From NCBI GenBank assembly GCA_031432545.1, contig JAVKGX010000001.1:6411-70410 (forward strand): a stretch of 64,000 nt of DNA. The letters run 5' to 3'. A program made the position numbers and the translations under genes. The notes under the pieces were generated by a model. The model saw only the letters and a list, made by a program, of their open reading frames with translations, ran no database searches and was not told where the DNA came from. Every line of letters begins with the position of its first letter. The stretch's first letter is position 1. The DNA is from Candidatus Caldifonticola tengchongensis (lineage in GTDB: Bacteria > Sysuimicrobiota > Sysuimicrobiia > Sysuimicrobiales > Sysuimicrobiaceae). Below, piece by piece: positions 40,451 through 50,177 of the stretch.

Positions 40451-41163
40451 TCAGTGAATCCGGTCCCGGTCCTCCAGCCCGCTGATGCGCATCAGGCGCC
40501 GGAAGCGGCGCCTGAGCCACCAGCGATGCAGCCGGGCGGCCGGACTGGGGAGAAGACGGCGCGACAAGCGCCCCAGGGAGTACCGGCCACGCCGCGCGAA
40601 CCACCAGGCCAAAGCGGGGCCGAAGAGCGCGAATGCGCCAAGCGGGAACGAAAACGAGAAGACCACGACTACGGCTGCGATCGCCCCAAGCCAGCGGGAC
40701 TCCACCGGCAGTACGAAGAATGCGAGCACCCGTTCCCGCGGATTGATCTGGGACCAGGCCACGACCGCCGCCGCCAGCGGCATCCACAGCCCTTCGAGCA
40801 GTGCCGCACGCCCGGTGAGCGCCGCACCGACCCACAGGCCCGCTGCCGCAACTAGTGAACACAGCATCAGGAAGATCAGGTAGTCGCGCGCTCCCCACGC
40901 TCGTTCCAGGCTGCCCCCGAACATCCAGACCACGTAGGCACCGACCAACAGCCACAGGATCGGACCGGAACCCACCAGCGGATACGTAACGGCCGTCCAC
41001 GGCCGCCACGCGGCGTCGGCGGTATGGAAGGCGAGGGCGTCCCACCGCGCCACACCGACGAAGGACGCGACGAACGTGAGGGCATTGGCCGCCAGCAGAG
41101 CCCAGGTGACCGGGCATCCGCCGGGCAGCGCGAGCAGCGGGTGGCGCGAACGTCCCCTCAGCA
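40451..41163 (-). CDS. rhomboid-family membrane protein, probably catalytically inactive
   Basis: Rhomboid hallmarks (AWRPWT, FGGSLERAWG, six TM helices). The position of the GxSG serine reads GRAA and the TM6 His position is not His (by-eye alignment). The start is uncertain, with GTG 41163 after GAGAGG. Confidence 0.5.
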
Positions 41164-41285
41164 CGAGGCGGCCTCTCGAACAGGATGTATTGTAGCGACC
41201 GCCGCGGGCACTCGGCAGCGGCCGCCGGGGCTGGGAGTATAAGAACGGGGCGACGTGGAATCCCCAACAGGGTGGGCAGCGGACC

Positions 41286-42662
41286 GTGGGGAGGCCGCCA
41301 GTGGACAGGGAAGTAAGGCTTCGAAAGATCGAGGAGTGGCTCGCCGAGGACGAGCGCACCGTGCGCGTGCTGGTCGGAGCCCTCTATCCCGGACGCGCCC
41401 TGGCGACGCTGGCCACGCGGCTGGGCGTGACGTACGTCGGACATCGGATCACGAAGGTCCCGCGGCCGGAGCTGCTGGATGCGGTCGCCGAGACGGTGCG
41501 CCAGCACCCTGGCGAGCGGACCCGCCTGGCCGAGGAACTGCTCGAGGGCGCTCAAGAGCAGCTGACCGCCGTCCAGGCGATCGCCAGCCAGCACGTGGCG
41601 CGCTGGATCGCCGGCACCGGCTCTGCCGAAGAAGGGATGAAGCGGTTGGTCGCTGCGATCGTGGATGAGCGCCCGCGCGTCGGACGCAGCGCGCGCAGCT
41701 GGTGGCGCCGCTTCCTGGCCGACGCCACCCGGCAACAACAGCTCCGGCCGGAGGAGATGCCGACGCAGGTCCTCAACGAGCTCGTGCGCATCGCCTCCGA
41801 ACCCCTGCAGGCGGCCTCGGAGAGACTCACGTCGGCCGCGAAGGACCTGCGCGACGTCCTCCGAGAGGCCGCACAGTATCTCCGGCGCGTGGACCAGGAC
41901 GTCGCGCGCCAGGCCGCTCACATCGATCGGAAGGTGCAGGGGCTGGGCGACGAGATCACGCGCGTGCGGTCCTGGTTCGGCGAGCAGCAGGGTTCCGTCC
42001 GGCGCAGCCTGGAGGAACTCACATCGGCGATCCGTTCGTTGGAGTCGCGGCTGGACCGCCATCAGCAGGCCACCGAGGAACTCGTCCGCCGCCTGGCCGG
42101 CGTCGCGGTCGCCCTCGAGCGAGGCCAGGTCGAGGCCGCACGCCGGGAGTTGACCCGCGTGCGTTCGGGCAAGGTGCGCGTGGGGATCTTTGCCGACGTC
42201 GCCAACCTGTACTTCTCGGCGCGGGACGCCCATGGATCGCGGGTGCACTACGGCGCCTTGATGGCGCGCGGCCAGCAGCTGGGCGAAGTCGCCGTGGCGC
42301 GCGCGTATGTGACCGAGGGATCAAACGCCGAGGGCCAGGCGGCGTTCGAAGCAGCCCTGCGGCACATCGGATTCGAGGTCAAGGTCCTCCACCTGCGGCG
42401 CCTGTCGGATGGCCGGCACAAGGCGAACTGGGACCTGGGGATGGCGACTGACATCCTCGTCTGCGCCGACGACCTGGACGTGGTGCTGTTGGCGACAGGA
42501 GACGGCGATTTCGTGGACCTGGTGCGATGGCTTCGCCGGCAGGGGCTGCAGGTCCACGTCGCCGGGGTAGCCGGACACACCGCGGGCGAACTGATCTCGG
42601 CCGCCGACGGCTGGATCCCGCTGGAGGGTGATCTGCTGATGCCAGCCCGGCAGAGATCCTGA
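41286..42662 (+). CDS. NYN (LabA-like/PIN-like) nuclease-domain protein with long N-terminal coiled-coil region
   Basis: The C-terminal ~150 aa match the NYN/LabA pattern (VGIFADVANLYFS...DLGMATDIL...VLLATGDGDFVDLV). The N-terminal ~290 aa are helical and E/R/Q-rich. Confidence 0.6.
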   Translation: MGRPPVDREVRLRKIEEWLAEDERTVRVLVGALYPGRALATLATRLGVTYVGHRITKVPRPELLDAVAETVRQHPGERTRLAEELLEGAQEQLTAVQAIASQHVARWIAGTGSAEEGMKRLVAAIVDERPRVGRSARSWWRRFLADATRQQQLRPEEMPTQVLNELVRIASEPLQAASERLTSAAKDLRDVLREAAQYLRRVDQDVARQAAHIDRKVQGLGDEITRVRSWFGEQQGSVRRSLEELTSAIRSLESRLDRHQQATEELVRRLAGVAVALERGQVEAARRELTRVRSGKVRVGIFADVANLYFSARDAHGSRVHYGALMARGQQLGEVAVARAYVTEGSNAEGQAAFEAALRHIGFEVKVLHLRRLSDGRHKANWDLGMATDILVCADDLDVVLLATGDGDFVDLVRWLRRQGLQVHVAGVAGHTAGELISAADGWIPLEGDLLMPARQRS

Positions 42663-42665
42663 CGC

Positions 42666-43244
42666 CTAGCGGGTGAAGACGGGCAACGTGGCTAGGTAGA
42701 TCAGCTCGGGGTCGCGGTACACATCCCCCTGGAGGATGACCGCCGCGCGGGCGGTGATCGGCGCCCCCAGCACCTCCATCAGGCGGGCTGCGGCCTGGAA
42801 GGTCCCCCCGGTACTGACAACGTCGTCGACTATAGCCACGCGTCGGCCGCGGATTGCCGTCGCATCGGGCCCGTTGAGCACCAGCGGGTGGGCCGTCGCC
42901 GCGGTGATGGACTGCGCCTCGACGACGACGGGGTCGCGCATATAACTCTTGACCTCGCGCCGGCACGCCACGTACGGGAAGAACTGCCCGTGGCGCGGCT
43001 CGGACAGGTACGTCGCGATCATGTGCACCAACGGGACGGACTTGGCGGTCAGCGAGACGAGCGCGTCGAACTCCCTCGTCCGCAGCTCGCTGGCCAGTTC
43101 GCGGGCGCAGGCGTTCGTCAGCTCGACGTCGCCCCACAGCCGAAAGAAGGGGATCCAGACGTTGTCCTGCACCTGCTCGACGGGTAGGGTGCGCCGGACC
43201 CCAGCCACGCGCAGGTCGAACGCGGTCTGTCCCTCGTAGCGCAT
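42666..43244 (-). CDS. phosphoribosyltransferase-domain protein
   Basis: Type I PRT PRPP-binding motif VAIVDDVVSTGGT. ATG 43244 is preceded by GGGAGGG. Confidence 0.6.
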   Translation of the reverse strand: MRYEGQTAFDLRVAGVRRTLPVEQVQDNVWIPFFRLWGDVELTNACARELASELRTREFDALVSLTAKSVPLVHMIATYLSEPRHGQFFPYVACRREVKSYMRDPVVVEAQSITAATAHPLVLNGPDATAIRGRRVAIVDDVVSTGGTFQAAARLMEVLGAPITARAAVILQGDVYRDPELIYLATLPVFTR

Positions 43245-43378
43245 CGTCCCTCCCTGGGCATCAGGTCCGCCGGTGTTATCGGGTACTTTAGCACACCGCG
43301 CCGCAGCCGCGAAGTGCTGGGGTACAATGGCGGAAAAGCCAGCCGCTGTCGTACGGATCTGGAGCCTCGGACGCCGGA

Positions 43379-44266
43379 TTGAACGCCGCAGAGATCCCGC
43401 CGGGCACCGAGATCGTCGCACTGCTCGGCGATCCGGTCGCCCACAGTCTCTCGCCCCGGATGCAGGCCGCGGCGTTCGCCGCGGCGGGGCTGCCGTGGGC
43501 GTACGTCGCGCTGCGCGTCCTGCCCTCGGATCTGCGCGCCGCCCTGGCCGGGCTGCGGGCGCTGGGGTTCGCCGGCGCCAACGTCACCGTGCCGCACAAG
43601 GAAGCGACCTGCGAACTGGTGGACGATCTGGACGAGTGCGCCCGGCGGTGCGGGGCGGTGAACACGATCGTCTTCGGAGAAGGCCGTCGCCTGCTGGGCC
43701 GCAACACCGACGTCGCCGGCGTGGAGCGCGCCTTGGCCGAAGCCGGCGTGGGGCTCGCGGGGTTGCGGGCGGCCGTCGTCGGCGCGGGCGGTGCCGCGCG
43801 CGCTGCCTGCGTCGCGCTGGCGTCGGGAGGCGCGGCAGAGATCGCGGTGCTGTCGCGCGACGTCGAACGGGCCGAATTTCTGTGTGGGCAGATGTCGGCG
43901 CTGTCTGGCAAGACCCAGTTCGAAGCCTTCCCGCTTGAGCCAACGTCTTTGCGCGTGGTCCTGCGCGGGGTCGATCTGCTGATCAACGCGACGCCGGTCG
44001 GCATGCATCCCGACGTCGACCGCAGCCCGATCCCGTCGACCGAGATGCTGCGCGCGGGACTGGCGGTCTTCGACATGGTCTACAATCCCGCGCAGACCAA
44101 GCTGCTGTGGATGGCGCGCGAAGCCGGTGGGCGTACCATCTCGGGGCTGGAGATGCTGGTCTGGCAGGGCGCCGCTTCCTTCGAGCTGTGGACGGGAAAG
44201 CCGGCACCCCTGGAGGCCATGAGAAGGGCAGTGGGGCTGGTGGATCCGGCGACGGCCACGGGCTGA
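43379..44266 (+). CDS. aroE: shikimate dehydrogenase
   Basis: N-terminal substrate domain (LGDPVAHSLSPRMQ) and the NAD(P) Rossmann GAGGAARA. Probable TTG start. Confidence 0.8.
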   Translation: MNAAEIPPGTEIVALLGDPVAHSLSPRMQAAAFAAAGLPWAYVALRVLPSDLRAALAGLRALGFAGANVTVPHKEATCELVDDLDECARRCGAVNTIVFGEGRRLLGRNTDVAGVERALAEAGVGLAGLRAAVVGAGGAARAACVALASGGAAEIAVLSRDVERAEFLCGQMSALSGKTQFEAFPLEPTSLRVVLRGVDLLINATPVGMHPDVDRSPIPSTEMLRAGLAVFDMVYNPAQTKLLWMAREAGGRTISGLEMLVWQGAASFELWTGKPAPLEAMRRAVGLVDPATATG

Positions 44267-44267
44267 G

Positions 44268-45386
44268 ATGCCGCTGCGTCTGATCACCGCCGGGGAGTCC
44301 CACGGTCGCGGGCTGGTCGCCACGGTGGAAGGGCTGCCGGCGGGGCTGGCGGTAGACGAGGAGTACCTGAACGGGCAGTTGCGCCGCCGGCAGGCCGGGT
44401 ATGGCCGCGGCGGCCGCATGCGGATCGAGCAGGATCGCGCCGAGATCCTCTCGGGACTGGTGGACGGCGTGACGATCGGCGCCCCGGTTTCGGTGCTCGT
44501 CTGGAACCGCGACTGGCGCACGGGCGAAGCGCCGCTGGTGCGGCCGCGTCCGGGCCACGCGGACCTGGTGGGCGCGCAGAAGTACGGCTTCGACGACGTG
44601 CGCAGGGCCCTTGAGCGGGCCAGCGCCCGGGAAACGGCCGCCCGGGTGGCCGGCGCCACGCTCGCCCGCCGCCTGCTCGAGGAGTTCGGCATCCGCGTGC
44701 TCAGCCACGTCGTCGAACTCGGAGGCGTCCACGTCGCCGACCTGCCCCCAGATTGGGACGAGGTCGCGCGCCGCGCCGAGACGTCGGATCTGCGGTGCGC
44801 CGACCCTCACGCCGCACAGGCGATGCACCGCGCGATCGACGAAGCCAAAGCCAGCGGGGACACGCTGGGAGGGGTCATTGAGATCGTGGCGGTGGGCGTG
44901 CCGCCGGGCCTGGGATCCTACGTCCACTGGGACCGCAGGCTCGACGGAAGGATCGCCCAGGCGGTCATGAGCGTCCACGCGATCAAGGGCGTCGCGATCG
45001 GGGATGCGTTCGCGATCGCCTCAGGGCGGGGCAGCACCGCCCACGACGAGATCCACTACGATGCGGCCAGGGGTTTCTACCGCGAAACCAACCGCGCCGG
45101 CGGCATCGAGGGAGGCGTCAGCAACGGCATGCCGATCGTCGTGCGGGCCGCGATGAAGCCGCTTTCGACTTTGCGTGCCCCGTTGCGATCCGTGGACATC
45201 CGCACGCGCGAGCCCGCTGCCGCCGCCGTCGTGCGCTCCGACGTGACGGCGCTCCCGGCGGCAGGTGTGGTGTGCGAGGCCATGCTGGCATTCGTCTTGG
45301 CCGACGCGCTGTGCGAGAAGTTCGGTGCGGACTCCCTCGACGACATGCGCGGCGCCTATGACCGATATTTGCAGAGGATCCGCTGA
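44268..45386 (+). CDS. aroC: chorismate synthase
   Basis: Full-length chorismate synthase signatures (GESHG, GGRSSARET-like, RSDV...). Confidence 0.9.
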   Translation: MPLRLITAGESHGRGLVATVEGLPAGLAVDEEYLNGQLRRRQAGYGRGGRMRIEQDRAEILSGLVDGVTIGAPVSVLVWNRDWRTGEAPLVRPRPGHADLVGAQKYGFDDVRRALERASARETAARVAGATLARRLLEEFGIRVLSHVVELGGVHVADLPPDWDEVARRAETSDLRCADPHAAQAMHRAIDEAKASGDTLGGVIEIVAVGVPPGLGSYVHWDRRLDGRIAQAVMSVHAIKGVAIGDAFAIASGRGSTAHDEIHYDAARGFYRETNRAGGIEGGVSNGMPIVVRAAMKPLSTLRAPLRSVDIRTREPAAAAVVRSDVTALPAAGVVCEAMLAFVLADALCEKFGADSLDDMRGAYDRYLQRIR

Positions 45387-45408
45387 CCGCAAGCGGTGGG
45401 CTGACAGG

Positions 45409-47001
45409 ATGCGCAACATCGTCCTGATCGGGTTCATGGGTGCTGGCAAGACAGCCGTCGGCCAGGAGGTGTCGCGCCGTTTGGGCTGGCCGTTCTACGA
45501 CACGGACACGCTCGTCGAGCAGGAAGCAGGCAAGTCCACCTCCGCGATCTTCGAACAGGAAGGGGAGGTGGGTTTCCGCGAGCGGGAGCGGCGGGCCGTC
45601 GCCCAAGTCGCGCGGCGGAGGCCGGCCGTGATCGCGTGCGGCGGGGGTGTGGTGACCGACCCGCACAACGTCCATCGGCTCAAGCGGACCGGCCGGATCG
45701 TCCTCCTGGAGGCCCCCCTGGAGCGAACGCTCGCCCGCGTCGGCGCGGCGGCACAGCGCCCGCTGCTGCGAGAGGACCCGTCCCGACGCGCCGCCGAGCT
45801 GATGGAGCAGCGCCGGCCGCTGTACCGCAAGGCGGCCGAGATCGTCGTCGACACAGGCGAGCTGACCGTGGAGGCCGCCGCCGAGTGCGTCATCCGGGCG
45901 GCGGCCGAGCGCGAGCGCCGCACGATCCCGGTGGCCCTGGGCGGCGGCTACCCTGTACACGTCGGCGAGGGCATCCTGCCCCTGGTGGCCCTGGACTTGC
46001 AGCGCATCGGAGCACGCCGGATCGCCCTCCTCACCCACCCGCGGCTGTTGGACCTGTACGGCGGTCGGCTGTGCATGGCCCTGCGGGCGTGGGGCTTGGA
46101 CCCCCACCCCATCACGGTGCCGCCGGGGGAACGGAGCAAGTCGCTGCGGTACGCGCAGCGCGTCTACGAGGGCATGGCCCAAGCGCGCCTGGACCGCACG
46201 GCTGCGCTGCTCGCCCTGGGCGGCGGGGTGATCGGCGACCTGGGGGCATTTGCCGCCGGGACGTACATGCGCGGCCTCGCACTGGTCCACCTCCCGACGA
46301 CCCTCCTCGCGCAGGTCGACTCCAGCATCGGAGGCAAGGCCGCGCTCAACGTCGTCGCGCGCAACTTAGTCGGTCTGTTCTGGCATCCGCAGGCGGTGGT
46401 CGCCGACGTCGCGACGCTGCGGTCGCTGCCCCCACGGGCGCTGCGCGCGGGACTGAGCGAGTGCGCCAAGCACGCGGCGGTCGCCGACGCCGATCTGTTC
46501 GCCTGGCTGGAGGCGAACGTCGCGGTGGTGCTGCGCCGCGATCCCACCGCGCTCACCGAGCTCGTGGCACGCAACGTCGAGATCAAGTCCCGCATCGTCG
46601 AAGCCGACGAGCGGGAGACCGCCGGCGGCCGTGAGGCCCTGAACTTCGGGCACACGGTGGCGCACGCCCTGGAAGCCACCACCGCCTACCGCCTGCCGCA
46701 CGGCGAGGCCGTGGCGATCGGGATGCTGGCCGAGTGTGAGATCGGCATCCGGGTGGGCATCACCGATCCGGACGGTGCCCGCCGCCTGCGCGCACTGCTC
46801 GAACGGGCCGGTATGAAGCTGCGGCCACCTCCCTTTGATCCGGACGAGGCCATCGGCCGGATGGCGCTGGACAAAAAGACGCGCGCCGGACGGCTGCGGT
46901 TTGTGCTGCTGGAGCGCATCGGCGCCGCCCGCACCGGTGTGGAGGTGGACGTCGCTGTCGTCGCAAAGGCGCTGCACGCGTTGCTGGAGGGGTCACGATG
47001 A
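45409..47001 (+). CDS. aroKB: bifunctional shikimate kinase / 3-dehydroquinate synthase (fusion)
   Basis: The N-terminal ~170 aa carry the shikimate kinase P-loop GFMGAGKT. The remainder is DHQS ([13 protein letters not shown], metal-binding HG..A). It is one uninterrupted frame with no internal start near the junction. Confidence 0.85.
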   Translation: MRNIVLIGFMGAGKTAVGQEVSRRLGWPFYDTDTLVEQEAGKSTSAIFEQEGEVGFRERERRAVAQVARRRPAVIACGGGVVTDPHNVHRLKRTGRIVLLEAPLERTLARVGAAAQRPLLREDPSRRAAELMEQRRPLYRKAAEIVVDTGELTVEAAAECVIRAAAERERRTIPVALGGGYPVHVGEGILPLVALDLQRIGARRIALLTHPRLLDLYGGRLCMALRAWGLDPHPITVPPGERSKSLRYAQRVYEGMAQARLDRTAALLALGGGVIGDLGAFAAGTYMRGLALVHLPTTLLAQVDSSIGGKAALNVVARNLVGLFWHPQAVVADVATLRSLPPRALRAGLSECAKHAAVADADLFAWLEANVAVVLRRDPTALTELVARNVEIKSRIVEADERETAGGREALNFGHTVAHALEATTAYRLPHGEAVAIGMLAECEIGIRVGITDPDGARRLRALLERAGMKLRPPPFDPDEAIGRMALDKKTRAGRLRFVLLERIGAARTGVEVDVAVVAKALHALLEGSR

Positions 47002-47447
47002 GGATCCTCGTGCTGTCCGGGCCGAACCTCAACCTGCTCGGCACCCGAGAACCCCACATCTACGGCACCCAGACGCTGGCCGACATCGAATCCCGCCTGA
47101 GGATGCGCGCGAGCGAACTCGATGTCGAGGTGCGCTTCCTCCAGTCCAACCACGAGGGGGCGCTCATCGACGCGCTGCACGCCGCACGGGAGGATTGCGA
47201 CGCCGTGGTGCTGAACCCCGGCGCCCTGACGCACACTTCCGTCGCGCTGCGCGACGCGATCGCTGCGATCGGCATCCCGGTCGTCGAGGTGCACCTCAGC
47301 AACCTCCACGCGCGCGAGCAGTTCCGCCGAAGGCTGCTGCTGGCACCGGTCGTGCGCGGCCAGGTCCTCGGATTCGGTGCCGACAGCTACCTGCTCGGTC
47401 TGGAGGCCGCCGTCCGCGTCGCGCGCGGGCGCGGAGGGGCACCGTGA
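46998..47447 (+). CDS. aroQ: type II 3-dehydroquinate dehydratase
   Basis: Classic type II DHQase sequence ([14 protein letters not shown]...HLSN). ATGA overlap with the aroKB stop. Confidence 0.9.
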   Translation: MRILVLSGPNLNLLGTREPHIYGTQTLADIESRLRMRASELDVEVRFLQSNHEGALIDALHAAREDCDAVVLNPGALTHTSVALRDAIAAIGIPVVEVHLSNLHAREQFRRRLLLAPVVRGQVLGFGADSYLLGLEAAVRVARGRGGAP

Positions 47448-47812
47448 GCGTCCGCGGGATCCGGGGCGCGATCCGCGTCGAGGCGAACACCGCCGAGGCG
47501 ATCCTCGATGCGGCCCGGACCCTGCTGGACGAACTCGTGCGCGCCAACGGCCTCGCCGCCGACGACGTCGCGGCGGTGCTGTTCACCTGCACGCCGGACC
47601 TGGACGCGGCCTTCCCCGCAGAGGCCGCCCGGAGCCTCGGCTGGAGCCGCGTCCCCCTGCTGTGCTCTCGGGAGATGGACGTCCCGGGGGCGATGTCGCG
47701 TGTACTGCGCGTGTTGATGCTGGTGAACACAACTGTCCCGCAGGAGAAGATCGTGCACGTCTATGTGGGCGAGGCCGAGCGCCTGCGTCCGGACCTCGCA
47801 AGCGCCCAGTGA
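47444..47812 (+). CDS. aroH: chorismate mutase, AroH class
   Basis: About 120 aa with an AroH-type N-terminus ([18 protein letters not shown]). GTGA overlap with the aroQ stop. Confidence 0.7.
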   Translation: MSVRGIRGAIRVEANTAEAILDAARTLLDELVRANGLAADDVAAVLFTCTPDLDAAFPAEAARSLGWSRVPLLCSREMDVPGAMSRVLRVLMLVNTTVPQEKIVHVYVGEAERLRPDLASAQ

Positions 47813-47819
47813 GCACACG

Positions 47820-49139
47820 ATGACCGTCTCGCCCGCCCGCATCCGCGGCCGCCTGCGCGTTCCGGCCGACAAGTCCATCTCCCACCGGGCGGTGCTGCTC
47901 GGCGCGATCGCCCAGGGGGTCAGTGTGGCGCGCAACTTCCTCGTCGCCGCCGACACGCTGCGCAGCGTCGCCTGCGTCCGAGCACTCGGCGTCGACGCAC
48001 AACTCGACGGCACGACGCTGCGCGTCGGCGGACGCGGTCTGCGCGGTCTGCGAGCACCGACCGAAGCGCTGGACGCAGGGAACTCGGGGACGACGATCCG
48101 CCTGCTGTGCGGAGTCCTCGCCGGCCAGCCGTTCGAAGCCATACTGACCGGCGACGACTCGATCCGCCGGCGGCCGATGGACCGCGTCGTCACGCCGCTG
48201 CGGGAGATGGGCGCGAGGATCGAAGCGCAGGCGGGAGGGCTGGCACCCCTGCGGGTCCGGGGCGGTGCACTGCGGCCGATCCGCCATCGGATGCCCATCC
48301 CCAGCGCGCAGGTGAAGTCCGCGATCCTGCTTGCCGGCCTGTACGCCGACGGGGAGACGACTGTCGTCGAGCCCCAGCCGTCGAGGGACCACACCGAGCG
48401 GATGCTCCGTGCGATGGGGGTGCAGACCGGCGTCCGCGAAGTTCCCCCCTCCTCTCCGGGGGCCGAAGGGCCAAGGGAGGTATGGGTGCGAGGGGTAGGA
48501 CGCATCGAGCCCGTCGAGATGGGCGTCCCCGGCGACCCCTCCTCAGCGGCGTTCTTCTGGGTCGCTGCGGCGGCTCAGCCGGGCGGGGAGGTCGTGGTGG
48601 AAGACGTCGGACTCAACCCCGCGCGCACCGGCGTCCTGGACGCTCTGCGGGCCATGGGGGCGGCAGTCGACGTCCGCGAGGTGCGGGAAGTCTGCGGAGA
48701 ACTTGTCGGCACCGTCGCCGTGCGGGGTCTGGGCCTGAGGGCGACCGCCGTCGCCGGAGCGCTCGTCCCCCGCCTGATCGACGAGATCCCCGCGCTCGCT
48801 GTCGCAGCCGCTGTCGCCGAGGGCGACACGATCATCCGTGACGCCGCCGAACTGCGCGTCAAGGAGTCCGACCGGATCGAGGCGCTGGTCAGCAATCTCC
48901 GCGCGATCGGCGTCGACTGCACCGAACTGCCGGACGGTCTGGTGGTGCACGGAGGACGCATCCGCGGCGGGCGCGTGCGGTCGGCCGGCGACCACCGGAT
49001 CGCGATGGCGTTCGCCGTGGCCGGATTGCTGTCCGAGCGCGGTGTTACGATCGACGACGTGGCCTGCGTCGCGACGTCGTTTCCCGGGTTCGCGCAGGCG
49101 CTGACCGCATTGACCGGCGGACGTATGTACGGCGCGTAG
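47820..49139 (+). CDS. aroA: 3-phosphoshikimate 1-carboxyvinyltransferase (EPSP synthase)
   Basis: EPSPS motifs (LPADKSISHR, GNSGTTIRLL). ATG 47820 is 8 nt after the aroH stop. Confidence 0.9.
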   Translation: MTVSPARIRGRLRVPADKSISHRAVLLGAIAQGVSVARNFLVAADTLRSVACVRALGVDAQLDGTTLRVGGRGLRGLRAPTEALDAGNSGTTIRLLCGVLAGQPFEAILTGDDSIRRRPMDRVVTPLREMGARIEAQAGGLAPLRVRGGALRPIRHRMPIPSAQVKSAILLAGLYADGETTVVEPQPSRDHTERMLRAMGVQTGVREVPPSSPGAEGPREVWVRGVGRIEPVEMGVPGDPSSAAFFWVAAAAQPGGEVVVEDVGLNPARTGVLDALRAMGAAVDVREVREVCGELVGTVAVRGLGLRATAVAGALVPRLIDEIPALAVAAAVAEGDTIIRDAAELRVKESDRIEALVSNLRAIGVDCTELPDGLVVHGGRIRGGRVRSAGDHRIAMAFAVAGLLSERGVTIDDVACVATSFPGFAQALTALTGGRMYGA

Positions 49140-49196
49140 GATCCCATGGGTGGGCCGTCGGTTTCCATTGGGCCGACGGGCCAGAGGGAGCGGCGG

Positions 49197-50177
49197 ATGC
49201 AACCGGTCGTCGAGATGGCGCGCAGGGTTCGGGACGGCGTCGAGCGGGTCGTCGTCGGGAAGCGCGAGGTCGTCGAGTTGGCGATCGCCGCTGCGCTCGC
49301 CGACGGCCACATCCTGATCGAGGACGTCCCAGGGCTGGCCAAGACGCTGCTCGCGAAGTCGCTCGCCCGCTCGCTGGGGTGTTCCTTTCGCCGCATCCAG
49401 TGCACCCCCGATCTCCTGCCGTCCGACATCACCGGTCTGTACTACTTCAACCAGCGGTCCCAGGCGTTTGAGTTCCGGCCCGGCCCGGTCTTCGCGCAGG
49501 TGGTCCTCGCCGACGAGGTCAACCGCGCCACGCCGCGCACGCAGTCGGCGCTGCTGGAAGCGATGGAGGAGCGGCAGGTAACCATCGAGGGCGAGACGCA
49601 CCCGCTGCCCAGGCCCTTCCTCGTCATCGCCACGCAAAACCCGATCGAACTGCAGGGAACGTTTCCGCTCCCCGAAGCGCAGCTGGACCGCTTCCTCGTC
49701 CGCCTCTCGATCGGGTACCCGTCGGCCGACGAGGAGCGGGCGATCCTGGGGCGCTTCCGCGCCGACAACCCCTACGAGGATCTGCAGCCGGTGACGTCGC
49801 CCGAAGAGGTCCAGGCCGCACAACGGGCCGTGCGCCAGACCCGGGTGTCGGCGGCCGTGGAAGGCTACGTGGCGGAGATCGTGCGCGCCACGCGCGGGCA
49901 CGAGGCGGTCGTATTGGGGGCGAGTCCGCGCGGGTCGCTGGCGTTGATGCGCGTCGCCCAAGCGCTGGCGGCGATGGCCGGGAGGGCCTTCGTGACGCCC
50001 GACGACGTCAAGCGTGCGGCGCCGGCGGTGCTGCCCCACCGGTTGATCCTCAACGCGCAGGCGCGCCTGCGCGAACAAGGAGCCGACGAAGTGGTCGCCG
50101 ACGTGCTGGCCACCGTTCCGGTGCCGGTGGAGACGGGCGCCGGGGCGCACAGAGGGCAAGCAGGCGAGGGCGGATGA
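49197..50177 (+). CDS. MoxR-family AAA+ ATPase
   Basis: Walker A region (HILIEDVPGLAKT), Walker B VVLADEVNRA and sensor motifs. AGGGAG RBS. Confidence 0.85.
   Translation: MQPVVEMARRVRDGVERVVVGKREVVELAIAAALADGHILIEDVPGLAKTLLAKSLARSLGCSFRRIQCTPDLLPSDITGLYYFNQRSQAFEFRPGPVFAQVVLADEVNRATPRTQSALLEAMEERQVTIEGETHPLPRPFLVIATQNPIELQGTFPLPEAQLDRFLVRLSIGYPSADEERAILGRFRADNPYEDLQPVTSPEEVQAAQRAVRQTRVSAAVEGYVAEIVRATRGHEAVVLGASPRGSLALMRVAQALAAMAGRAFVTPDDVKRAAPAVLPHRLILNAQARLREQGADEVVADVLATVPVPVETGAGAHRGQAGEGG

Noticed and set aside
40065-42248. 727-aa minus-strand ORF
   Set aside because: Only the last 99 aa (CsoR) are real. The remainder is antisense to the NYN gene and in an alternate frame of the rhomboid-like gene.
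49140-49196. Imperfect hairpin (GGCCGTCGG...CCGACGGGCC) after aroA as a terminator
   Set aside because: There is no U-tract and it is followed directly by the moxR RBS. At most it is an mRNA structure, so it was not called as a terminator.
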